The notes under the pieces: model-generated
Seen by the model: the letters and a program-made list of their open reading frames with translations, nothing else
Database searches by the model: none
What the model was told of the DNA's origin: nothing
In this document: positions 10,430 through 19,665 of the stretch, one piece after another
Numbering within the stretch: the stretch's first letter is position 1
Layout: every line of letters starts with the position of its first letter
Made by a program: the position numbers and the translations under genes
DNA from: an uncultured Poribacteria bacterium
Lineage (GTDB): Bacteria; Poribacteria; WGA-4E; WGA-3G
Length of the DNA stretch: 64,000 bases
NCBI GenBank assembly: GCA_951813565.1
Contig: OX638351.1
Coordinates: 2,816,001 to 2,880,000 of the forward strand
Direction of reading: 5' to 3'

Positions 10430-10624
10430 TTATTCTGATTTTTCTTTACCCTTTGGCGTCAAATTACGTCCACATGAAGGGCAACTTGATACATACTGGT
10501 ACATTGCTAAGCCACAATCAGGACAGACGCGTTTTGTCTGTAAGTGCGTCACTATCCGAGAAACCAAAATTATACCTAAAAGTAGGAGGATAAGAAACGC
10601 TACCTCCCATAGACCGATCTGCAT
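10430..10624 (-). CDS. Small membrane protein with zinc ribbon
   Basis: Hydrophobic helix followed by CPDC..CPSC. Confidence 0.65.
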   Translation of the reverse strand: MQIGLWEVAFLILLLLGIILVSRIVTHLQTKRVCPDCGLAMYQYVSSCPSCGRNLTPKGKEKSE

Positions 10625-10677
10625 TTTTCTTAGATTCCGTTAAGTAGTGGCGACAAAACACTGAGGCTACAGAATGG

Positions 10678-11523
10678 TCAATTATTCTTCACTAAACCGC
10701 GTAGTGTTTTTAGATTTTTTCCATGCATTGTGTTCATATTCGGCGTTTCTATGATGAGTGGCATTTCTGCAAAGCGTGGATCGTTAAGGATATGAGCAAA
10801 TGCTGTTGCGCCGATATTTCCTTCGCCGATATGTTCATGTCTATCTACGCGGCTCTGATACTCCGATTTCGCGTCGTTAATATGAAATGCCTTTAGTCGT
10901 TCCAAACCGATAATTTCGTCAAATTTATTAAATGTGCTATCACAATCACCTTCAGTTCGTATATCATAACCAGCGGCAAAAACGTGACATGTATCAAGGC
11001 AGACCCCAAAACGTTCAGGGTATTTTGACATACCGATCACATCCCGTAAATGCTCAAAACAGTAACCGAGGTTTGTGCCTTGCCCAGCTGTTGTTTCAAG
11101 CAGGACCATGACATCTGGTGCTTCTGTTGTTTCAAATAGCAAATCAAAACTATCACTTAACATCTTCAACCCGAACTCTTCTCCCTCACCGAGATGTGCG
11201 CCAAGATGTGTAACGATATGGTGAATTCCAGTCTTATGTGAAAGCGCCATCATCCGTTTAAACTGGTCGCGTGATTTTTTTAACACATCTTGTTTTGGAG
11301 AAGCAAGATTGCTAAGGTGAATATCGTGAACAATCACGTTCCGAATAGGAGAGTCTTCCCACGCTGTACAAAATTTCTCAATGACATCAGCAGTAGGTGG
11401 CTTTGACTCCCAGCGGTTTGGGTTAGCGAGAAAAATTTGGATTGCATCACATTGCAGGTCGTCACCATTTTTGATAGAATTATGTATTCCACCAGAAGTG
11501 GAAACATGCGCACCGAGGACCAT
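10678..11523 (-). CDS. nfo: Endonuclease IV
   Basis: LGAHVS, LLETTAGQG, CLDTCHVFAAGYD, HINDAK, DRHEHIGEG, IIETP. Confidence 0.95.
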   Translation of the reverse strand: MVLGAHVSTSGGIHNSIKNGDDLQCDAIQIFLANPNRWESKPPTADVIEKFCTAWEDSPIRNVIVHDIHLSNLASPKQDVLKKSRDQFKRMMALSHKTGIHHIVTHLGAHLGEGEEFGLKMLSDSFDLLFETTEAPDVMVLLETTAGQGTNLGYCFEHLRDVIGMSKYPERFGVCLDTCHVFAAGYDIRTEGDCDSTFNKFDEIIGLERLKAFHINDAKSEYQSRVDRHEHIGEGNIGATAFAHILNDPRFAEMPLIIETPNMNTMHGKNLKTLRGLVKNN

Positions 11524-11738
11524 ATTTTTTATTGCAAGTTTCGGGAACTTGATTCTCCTTACTTTATGACTATGAAATTACAAACCACATCGCGTAACAT
11601 GCTTATTTCAGTAAAATTTAGATAATTCCACTATTGCATAAACTATATTTCTCAGAAAAAGTTACAAAAATTACAACACTTCTATATTCAAGTCACTATT
11701 TCTTGAATATAGAAGTGTTGTAATATATGGCTTCTATT

Positions 11739-12755
11739 TTAGGGATGTAACGCTGTTTTAACACCGCGTTGCGCGATAGCGTTATCAAAAGCTTCTAAAC
11801 CTTGTGAAATGGAAAACTGATCGGTTAGCAAAGGTTTGAAATTGATTGCTTCTTGTAGTAGGAGCTGGCGGGATTCTTGAAGGCTTGCTCGGGAAAATGC
11901 CCACGAAGCCATCAGTTTGTGTCCGGTATAGTGAAATTCTTCTAAGTTTATGCGAAGTTCCTCACCTTCCGGCGCAAGACCGAAAAAGTTGATACAACCG
12001 CCTTTGCGTATAACCTGAAAAGCGAGGTTAATCACTGACGTTTTATTTGTCGTAGCGGAGATGACGGTATCAACACCGCCGTGGGTGATTTCATGGAGAT
12101 GTGCAACATTGTCAGGAGAAATATCAAAAGCGGCATCGGCCCCGACAGTTTCTGCGACAGATCTGCGGTAGGGTAGAGGGTCCAGAACGTAGGTTGCTAA
12201 ACCTGCTCGTTTCGTCAATTGGGTGAACATCAACCCGATGGGACCAGCACCGAGGATGGCAACAGTGTTTTGGAAAATGGTTTCTTGCATCGCATTTAGG
12301 CAGCAGCCTAACGGTTCAAGGAAAAGTAGTTCTTCTGGTGGGATGGTGTCTGGCACTCGGATGAGTTTGCCCGTGTCTATGCCGTGTTTCGGCATCCGCA
12401 TGTATTCGGCGTAGCCGCCATCAATGTCGTGTCCGATACCTTCAATCGTATCGCAGTATTTGTCTTTGTCATTTCGGCAATGCACACAACTCCCGCACGA
12501 AAGCATCGGATTTACGGTGACCCGTTCGCCGACTTTTACTTCCGGATGCCGACTCTCAACGATTACACCTGCGAGTTCATGTCCCATCACAACAGGTGGT
12601 GAATAGTCTGATATATCGCCACGGAGCGCAGCAAGGTCAGATGCGCAGATACCGCACAACTCCATCTTGATAAGCACATCCCCGGCATTGAGTGTGGGAA
12701 TTGGTTTGTCTTGTATGCGTAACTGCTGAACTTTTTCAAAAACGATTGCTTTCAT
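11739..12755 (-). CDS. Zinc-dependent (MDR family) dehydrogenase
   Basis: MKAIV start, GICASD, GHE, CxxCxxC Zn site, GAGPIG. Confidence 0.92.
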   Translation of the reverse strand: MKAIVFEKVQQLRIQDKPIPTLNAGDVLIKMELCGICASDLAALRGDISDYSPPVVMGHELAGVIVESRHPEVKVGERVTVNPMLSCGSCVHCRNDKDKYCDTIEGIGHDIDGGYAEYMRMPKHGIDTGKLIRVPDTIPPEELLFLEPLGCCLNAMQETIFQNTVAILGAGPIGLMFTQLTKRAGLATYVLDPLPYRRSVAETVGADAAFDISPDNVAHLHEITHGGVDTVISATTNKTSVINLAFQVIRKGGCINFFGLAPEGEELRINLEEFHYTGHKLMASWAFSRASLQESRQLLLQEAINFKPLLTDQFSISQGLEAFDNAIAQRGVKTALHP

Positions 12756-12762
12756 ATACGTT

Positions 12763-14319
12763 CTACGCAACCAATGGGCAGTTTACGATGCTATAACTAT
12801 ATCCATCGCGCTTTTGAATTCTTCGGATTTCGGTAATATTTCCAGATTTTCTCGAATCTTTCTCTTCAGGTGCAAAGTATTCTACGCGAAGTTTACGAGG
12901 TTTGCCTACTGCGGTTTTATCAAAACAGTTGATTATCCCTTTCCATTTCCGATCTCGCTTTGTTATCTCAACGTAGTCAAACTTCGCAAAGCCATTTACA
13001 TGCGAAACCTTAGTTGATGGTTTGATGAAACCGGGTGCTTTCATGTCAAATATCTTGCCTACATTGTCGCGTCTACCATATCCTTTAGCTTCAATGATAG
13101 CAACTTGCAGCGACTTAGCTCGTTTCGGAACAATCGCAACAGACGCAGCATCATAATAATGCGTTTTCGGCAATCTGGCAAGATTCCGATGATGTGCTGT
13201 TTTTCCACCAGTGCCACTTATTATTGGGAGCCCTGTTGTTTTGAGTGTCTCAAACAGTTTCCACCGAATAGTGTTGATTGCTGCAGCATCAGAAAGACCC
13301 TTTTCAGATTTTCGGGCTGCTGCTTGGACCTTCTTTGCAAAATCAGTACCAAGCTTTTCTTCCAACTCGGCTCCGTGCAGTTTACCTTTCTTTTCGTTGC
13401 AGTCTTTACATGCCATCGTCAAGTTGCTCGGACGGTTATCTTCACGAACGGCTTTAGGTGCGATGTGTTCTACTTCTAAATGACGTTTGCCTTTTCCACA
13501 ATAAGCGCATTTTCTGCCAGTCAGTTCTAAAAGATATTCGCGTATCTCACGTCCCCATAAAGTTCCTTGTTGATATTCAATGCCATGTATACCAGGATTT
13601 TCCATCAACTGCATATCAAATTTCACCGTCTCAATTGCCAATTGTGTAATCGGGTAAATCTTACATAACCGTCGGGTCCAGGTCTCTAAATTGAAAACAC
13701 GGGACATCAAACTCGGTGCCACCCAACCATTATCGGCGACCCGTTGATGCACAACGCGAATGCGTCGCCAGCGTTTCTTTTGACGCTTGTTCGTTTTGGT
13801 GTCAGGTAAACGCTCCCAACGATACCGCTCGTCTAAAAACATCGCTTTTGACACGCGATTCAAGTCATTTTGAGATTTACTGGAATCCATTCCCTCTGGC
13901 ACTGAAGCACGTTCATATCTCCATCCGTTTTCTGTAAGAATTGGCACTTGACGTTTCCGATTTGCCCACCGAGCAGGACGATACCGTAGATTACGAGTTC
14001 TACGTCCTCTACGAAAGCCCGAACGTTTTTGAAGATTTCTTTTGATTTGCTGCCCACGGTGATGTAATTCCGCAGCATAGACTATATCCCCAGATTCAGA
14101 CACAATGGCGATTCCACTGATGCGTGATCCCGGGTCCCAACTCAACGTATACGGTTTTGTGACAATTTCCGATTCTGGAACTGCTTTCTTAAGAATAATC
14201 GTAAACGGGTATTTTCGCCATATTGCTGCTTCACCGCGTTTCAGTAGACGACGTGCTACAGCAGGATGACAAGGTTCTAAAGGGTTTTTGTCTGTATCAA
14301 TAACTGCTACTTTTGACAT
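12763..14319 (-). CDS. iscB: CRISPR-associated RNA-guided nuclease IscB with extra insertion after bridge helix
   Basis: PLMP-like N-term (PLEPCHPAVARRLL), RuvC-I WDPGS (D62), Arg-rich bridge helix, RuvC-II E230 (ETVKFD), HNH CAYC..EHI..N..CxxCN, RuvC-III H387/D390. Confidence 0.93.
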   Translation of the reverse strand: MSKVAVIDTDKNPLEPCHPAVARRLLKRGEAAIWRKYPFTIILKKAVPESEIVTKPYTLSWDPGSRISGIAIVSESGDIVYAAELHHRGQQIKRNLQKRSGFRRGRRTRNLRYRPARWANRKRQVPILTENGWRYERASVPEGMDSSKSQNDLNRVSKAMFLDERYRWERLPDTKTNKRQKKRWRRIRVVHQRVADNGWVAPSLMSRVFNLETWTRRLCKIYPITQLAIETVKFDMQLMENPGIHGIEYQQGTLWGREIREYLLELTGRKCAYCGKGKRHLEVEHIAPKAVREDNRPSNLTMACKDCNEKKGKLHGAELEEKLGTDFAKKVQAAARKSEKGLSDAAAINTIRWKLFETLKTTGLPIISGTGGKTAHHRNLARLPKTHYYDAASVAIVPKRAKSLQVAIIEAKGYGRRDNVGKIFDMKAPGFIKPSTKVSHVNGFAKFDYVEITKRDRKWKGIINCFDKTAVGKPRKLRVEYFAPEEKDSRKSGNITEIRRIQKRDGYSYSIVNCPLVA

Positions 14320-14330
14320 TTTTTATCCGT

Positions 14331-14580
14331 GGATGTTGAGATACCCGAAAGCACCTCAACATCCAAAGCTCGCCTTGCGGCGGTAATGTGAGCCTCGTCA
14401 ATGTTATTTCTGCTTTATAACAGGGTTGACAGCGTATTGTAAAGCTGTTTACATTGCCCCGACAGCGCTCCCGGCTGGCTCATGTACCTGGAGGTGTCTA
14501 TATCAGAAATAACGGATTTAATGTTTCCAACCCATAAAGGCTTGACTAGATACCACTTGGGCATGTTTTTTGTTGCAATT
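14331..14580 (-). ncRNA. omegaRNA/HEARO-like scaffold with 5' anti-repeat (tracrRNA-like)
   Basis: Minus strand carries HEARO-like blocks CGTTATTTCTG..GACACC..GCCAG..CTGTC..TAAACAG..CAGAAATAACATTGACGAGG..TTACC..CGCAAGGCG; anti-repeat 14549-14578; 3' hairpin 14331-14364. Confidence 0.8.
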
Positions 14581-14673
14581 TTTGCCGTCAACCTCCCAGC
14601 AAAAATGCAAGATTGGAGGTCGACTGCAAACTCTTAAGACTGACGCTTGACGCAGCTTGACTTTAAGTATAGG
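14581..14673. promoter_or_regulatory. Putative CRISPR leader with inverted repeat
   Basis: TTTGCCGTCAACCTCC..GGAGGTCGACTGCAAA palindrome next to the intact end of the array. Confidence 0.5.
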
Positions 14674-16445
14674 GTTGCAACTCAAACATGCCCAAGCGAT
14701 AACTGCTATCTTCAGCAAGTATCTGACCTTCCTTTTGGGCAAGTTGCAACTCAAACATGCCCAAGCGATAACCTTCAAACGTGTGCGAAAGGCGTTCAGC
14801 ATCTTTTTCGTTGCAACTCAAACATGCCCAAGCGATAACTCTGGTCTGCTGCTTCGTTTATAATGTCCTCAATAGCGTTGCAACTCAAACATGCCCAAGC
14901 GATAACTTATTTAAACGCATATCAAAAATGATAGCACTAAAAGTTGCAACTCAAACATGCCCAAGCGATAACTTGTTCAGCGGATATATCATCACTGGAT
15001 TTGACGCGTTGCAACTCAAACATGCCCAAGCGATAACACTATTCTATGAGACATTTGAGATAAAGCAAAAATTGTTGCAACTCAAACATGCCCAAGCGAT
15101 AACGTTTACCCCTCCGTTTTGCCTCACCAGTGACATCTACCGGTTGCAACTCAAACATGCCCAAGCGATAACTATGTGATGCCGCAATCTCCCAAGATGT
15201 TGGACTTAAGTTGCAACTCAAACATGCCCAAGCGATAACTTTCGATCCTGAAATACCATATGCTTGGGAGCGTGAGTTGCAACTCAAACATGCCCAAGCG
15301 ATAACGCGCGGACCGGCTTTGGTGCGTTCCGCTAATCCGTGATGTTGCAACTCAAACATGCCCAAGCGATAACTTCGGCACATACAACCCTGTAGCACCA
15401 CCTGTCTCGCGTTGCAACTCAAACATGCCCAAGCGATAACACAGAAGGCTTAGACGATTACATGAAACTCAAAAGTCGGTTGCAACTCAAACATGCCCAA
15501 GCGATAACCGAGAAGTAACGTGTGTTATCATTTTCATCTTTCCAGTTGCAACTCAAACATGCCCAAGCGATAACATGTAAAACACCCTTGACTGTCTCAG
15601 GCGTAACCAAGTTGCAACTCAAACATGCCCAAGCGATAACGAAGTACCAAGACCACGCTGCGCAAGATTGCCAGCAAAACGTTGCAACTCAAACATGCCC
15701 AAGCGATAACTTCGGCTGGGGTGATGAAGTATATCTTCAAGGAGTTAGTTGCAACTCAAACATGCCCAAGCGATAACATGGGCAATCGCAGTATCATCAA
15801 AACACTTGAGTTTGTTGCAACTCAAACATGCCCAAGCGATAACTCAGCTGTCCTTTTTCGTTTGCGATGTTGATGCCAAGTTGCAACTCAAACATGCCCA
15901 AGCGATAACGAAAATCGGGGATATAGTCGTAGCGCAAACAGAAGCGTTGCAACTCAAACATGCCCAAGCGATAACTGAGATTCTTTCTTGGGCAAATGAT
16001 GATAAAAATTCGGTTGCAACTCAAACATGCCCAAGCGATAACTCTACGGAGTCTGCACCTATAAATTGTGCGTAACGGTTGCAACTCAAACATGCCCAAG
16101 CGATAACAAAGATCGTCACCACAGGATTTAACAGCAAGGTCAAGGTTGCAACTCAAACATGCCCAAGCGATAACGTATTGGATTGCTCACGGGATTGTCC
16201 GATGCAACGCAGGTTGCAACTCAAACATGCCCAAGCGATAACCACCTCTGCTTTCACTGTAATTATTTTCTGTTTGGTGCGTTGCAACTCAAACATGCCC
16301 AAGCGATAACTCAAAACTTCGTTTAGCGACTTCTTTACTTCAACGCTATGTTGCAACTCAAACATGCCCAAGCGATAACCTATGAAAGCCATCGTTTTGA
16401 AAAAATCCATCAAGTTGCAACGCCAGCACGCTTAAGTGATATAAC
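14674..16445 (-). CRISPR. CRISPR array: 26 identical 30-bp repeats plus 1 degenerate repeat, 26 spacers of 34-40 nt
   Basis: + strand repeat GTTGCAACTCAAACATGCCCAAGCGATAAC; degenerate copy at 16414-16445; strand inferred from anti-repeat G-U pairing. Confidence 0.98.
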
Positions 16446-16449
16446 ATAC

Positions 16450-17478
16450 TTACTCAAACTCATAAGGCACTGTTTCGGACTGATGTGTCTTTGAGGATTT
16501 TTCTGCCAAATCCATGATGGCAATGACACGGCGAGCGGACTCAGGTGTCACGAGCAATGGGGTGCCATCGTTCAAATGCGCAACTATATTTTCATAGTAT
16601 CTGGGTCCGGGTCTTCCGTGATGACCTACTTTCTGTTCCTTCGGATGCCCTTCAACTTCGGATAAAACATGATATTGTCCGCCTTCAGAAACAATAGATC
16701 CGTGTGAACCGAGCATTTTCCATTTCGGTCCGCCGACCTTCGCGATGTTAGACATCTGGATGTTTGCTGACGCACCATCCGCAACAAATTCCCCTTCTGC
16801 AAATCGAATAATAGCTTGCACGTGGTCTTCGTTGGTAATGTCTTTCCAAACAAGGTTCGGCTGAAAGAAGCCGGTGACGTTAATCATGGGTGCTTCAAGA
16901 ATGTTAAGCAGCCAGTCAAGGAAGTGTGCGCCCCAGTCATAGAATTGTCCGCCAGAAATGGCTTTGACGCTGCGCCACCAATTCGGGTTCGGTCTGCCGT
17001 AGCCGCCACCCCACATCTCGGCACTATAGACTTTTCCGATGACACCAGACTGAACAAGTTCGCGGAGCGTCCAGAAGTCTGCGTCCCAACGGCGGTTGTG
17101 GTGAACTGATAGCATCACATCATTTTCTTTTGCAGCGGTAATCATTTCCGTTGCTTCTGCAATTGTGACGCACATCGGTTTTTCAACGACAACGTGTTTA
17201 CCTGCATTGTGGGCTGCCACAGTCGGATCGCAGTGTAGACTGTGCGGCAGGACGTTCGCGACGAGATCAACATCTTCGTCTGCTACGAGGTCTTCAACGG
17301 AGTTGTAAGTTCGGACGTCGGGAAAATCCTGTTTGGCTGCCTTTGTCCGCTCTGGATCAATGTCGCACACTGCAACGCATGTGATGCCTTCTGTGCCTTG
17401 CATCATATTTGCGTGTGCTTTACCCATATTAAATGCTGCCCCATAACCGAGAACAGCACCTTTAATAATATCTGCCAT
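16450..17478 (-). CDS. Gfo/Idh/MocA family oxidoreductase
   Basis: AVLGYG, AGKHVVVEKP, HNRRWDADF, DWGAHFLD. Confidence 0.93.
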   Translation of the reverse strand: MADIIKGAVLGYGAAFNMGKAHANMMQGTEGITCVAVCDIDPERTKAAKQDFPDVRTYNSVEDLVADEDVDLVANVLPHSLHCDPTVAAHNAGKHVVVEKPMCVTIAEATEMITAAKENDVMLSVHHNRRWDADFWTLRELVQSGVIGKVYSAEMWGGGYGRPNPNWWRSVKAISGGQFYDWGAHFLDWLLNILEAPMINVTGFFQPNLVWKDITNEDHVQAIIRFAEGEFVADGASANIQMSNIAKVGGPKWKMLGSHGSIVSEGGQYHVLSEVEGHPKEQKVGHHGRPGPRYYENIVAHLNDGTPLLVTPESARRVIAIMDLAEKSSKTHQSETVPYEFE

Positions 17479-18286
17479 TATATGTTTGGCTCCTTCTGTG
17501 CGTGGGGTGTTACCCCGATTTCAAATTTTATGAATATCTTATTATAGCATAGATGCGGGGGTGTGTCAAAAATTAAATTGAACAAGGCAGAGGCATTCAA
17601 TTTTCGTCTAATTATCCGTTTTAGTTGAAAAGTTGGGACCTAAAAATCGTTCCGAGATGCACGAATTGATTGTATTTTTCTTCTCATTTTATTGGAATCA
17701 TCTCCTTAAAAAGTTACCATACGGTAACTTTTTTCATACCGTGGTAACTTTTTGAAATTCTCTATAAACTCAGTATATGTAAGGGTTTATAGACATTTTA
17801 TTTAAATTTTATATTTTTCATCTGCGTTGATGAACACAGGTTTCCTTTTGCTGGAGATATTTTATTTTCCTAAGTTTTGCGTTGTCGTCTTGGCATTAGA
17901 GAGTTACTTTCGATTTTCGGTGTGTTTGGGGATCGGTTTTCTCTTTTCATACTGATATTATACCAAGTTCTATGGGGTGATCAGAAGTTTTCGTGGTGTT
18001 AAGAACAATAGATATCCAATAGATTCACAATAAGTTTGCAGGAAAAGTTGGGGTTGATACGTTCTTTTTGCATCTTGGATGAGTGTGTTTTTTGTTGTCA
18101 GCATGGCGGTTGACGCGATTTTTTGCAGTTTTTGTAAAGGAAGAAATTATTGGAGAATTGAATGGCTTTGTGGAAAAGGTCTTAAAATTGACAAACGCTT
18201 AGAGATAGTCTAAACTATTACCACTTTTTAACACGCTTTTACCATAAAGACATATCTTCGGATTAAGTAGTAGATAGGAGGCAACG

Positions 18287-19135
18287 ATGGTAAGTGTCGA
18301 ACGTCCATCAGAAATCGGGACACCTCGCTGGAACGGTGCACAGCAACGTCAACTCCGTTTTGCACTTAATTCCACTGAAGTTGACGAATATCGCGACAAA
18401 GGATTCCTTATCCTTCGCGATGTATTTCTACCTGAAGAGATTGAGATTTATCGCCAAGAGGCAGAGCAGCTTGTTGATCGCGCGTTTTCGTTGAGTCGCG
18501 AATTTCAGCTTGAGCCGAAATATAACCTTCGCTTTGAGATGTTGGGAGATGGTCGTCCATGGAAAATTGACCCGTTTGTAAGTATCTCGCCGCTATTTTC
18601 TGCGCTTGTCCATGACAGACGAATTTTGGATCGGTTGGCATCTCTGTATGGTGGTTACGAAGCGGTGTTGTTCAAAGATAAACTCATCATCAAACCACCA
18701 GATAGCCACGGTAACGGATGTCATCAAGATTACAATTGGTGGCAAGGATTCCCAGAAAGTTTGCTTACGGTTTCAGTTGCGCTTGATGCAAGTACGCGAG
18801 AGAACGGCTGCACAGAACTGTGGACGGGGCATCATCAAGGATTTTTGCATGAACAAGGTTCGCTTGATAAAGGCTCAATTGACCCAGAACAACTCGCGAA
18901 CGAGGAACACGTCTACGTAGACTTAGCGCCAGGGGATATAGCGATCTTTACCTGTTTTACGCCACATGCGGCGGCATCTAATAAATCGAACAGCGCACGA
19001 CGAATGTTATTTCTAAGCTACAACGACAGTCGAGATGGTGAACACTACACCGCGCATTATGAACACTTTCGTTGGTACCGAACGCGCCCGGATCGTATGC
19101 AAGAAGCAGAACGGGCGAAGTATTACTTTCTTTAA
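18287..19135 (+). CDS. Phytanoyl-CoA dioxygenase (PhyH) family protein
   Basis: HQD, ENGC, H..ASNKSNSARR 2OG-Fe(II) motifs; GGAGG RBS. Confidence 0.9.
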   Translation: MVSVERPSEIGTPRWNGAQQRQLRFALNSTEVDEYRDKGFLILRDVFLPEEIEIYRQEAEQLVDRAFSLSREFQLEPKYNLRFEMLGDGRPWKIDPFVSISPLFSALVHDRRILDRLASLYGGYEAVLFKDKLIIKPPDSHGNGCHQDYNWWQGFPESLLTVSVALDASTRENGCTELWTGHHQGFLHEQGSLDKGSIDPEQLANEEHVYVDLAPGDIAIFTCFTPHAAASNKSNSARRMLFLSYNDSRDGEHYTAHYEHFRWYRTRPDRMQEAERAKYYFL

Positions 19136-19665
19136 CGTCAATTTTAGAGGGTTAATTTGTTTTTTCTGGAAGTTGGATTGTATTTCTGAATCGCGGATTT
19201 ACGCGGATTACACAGATTTGTTAGGTTGCGCTATGCTCAAACCACAGGTGTCAATTTAAGAAAACATGACCGCCTATTCCGACACGGTAGGAGCGGTTTC
19301 TAACCGCTCCGTATTTATCCCAAAGACTCTTGTGGGAGGCGTTTTCAACGCCGATATATCGCGCGGACAAAGCGCTCCCACAAAGATGTCCTGCCGATTA
19401 GTGACTACTAACTCATGCAAGCCCGATGCGGTGAATCAACGCCAAATACGACAAGTGCCATACGCGTGCTTGGCGTTGATTTGGCGTTTGGTATTTGGCG
19501 TTGATTCACCGCATCTACCGAGGGTGAAAATCCACTAAATTGACGCCTATGGGTAGAGCGTAGCGAAACCCAACCTACACACTTACAAAGAAAAGGTCGG
19601 GCACAGAGACCCCGCCCTACAAATAGTATAGAAAACGGGTTTTAAAAGCCAGTTATTTCGTCCTA

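Noticed and set aside
12763..14319. Calling the nuclease Cas9 or a plain HNH endonuclease
   Set aside because: Only 518 aa, retains the PLMP-like N-terminus and split RuvC plus HNH, and has an omegaRNA-like neighbour: IscB architecture.
14704..16349. Self-matches for the other 25 spacers
   Set aside because: None noticed by eye; short CTTGGG similarities to the repeat look coincidental. Not an exhaustive search.
14518..16413. Many ORFs with LQLKHAQAIT / VATQTCPSDN repeats
   Set aside because: Translations of CRISPR repeats, not genes.
10678..19135. cas1/cas2/cas4/cas6 near the array
   Set aside because: All neighbouring ORFs have clear non-Cas motifs; nfo is a DNA-repair enzyme with no evidence of linkage.
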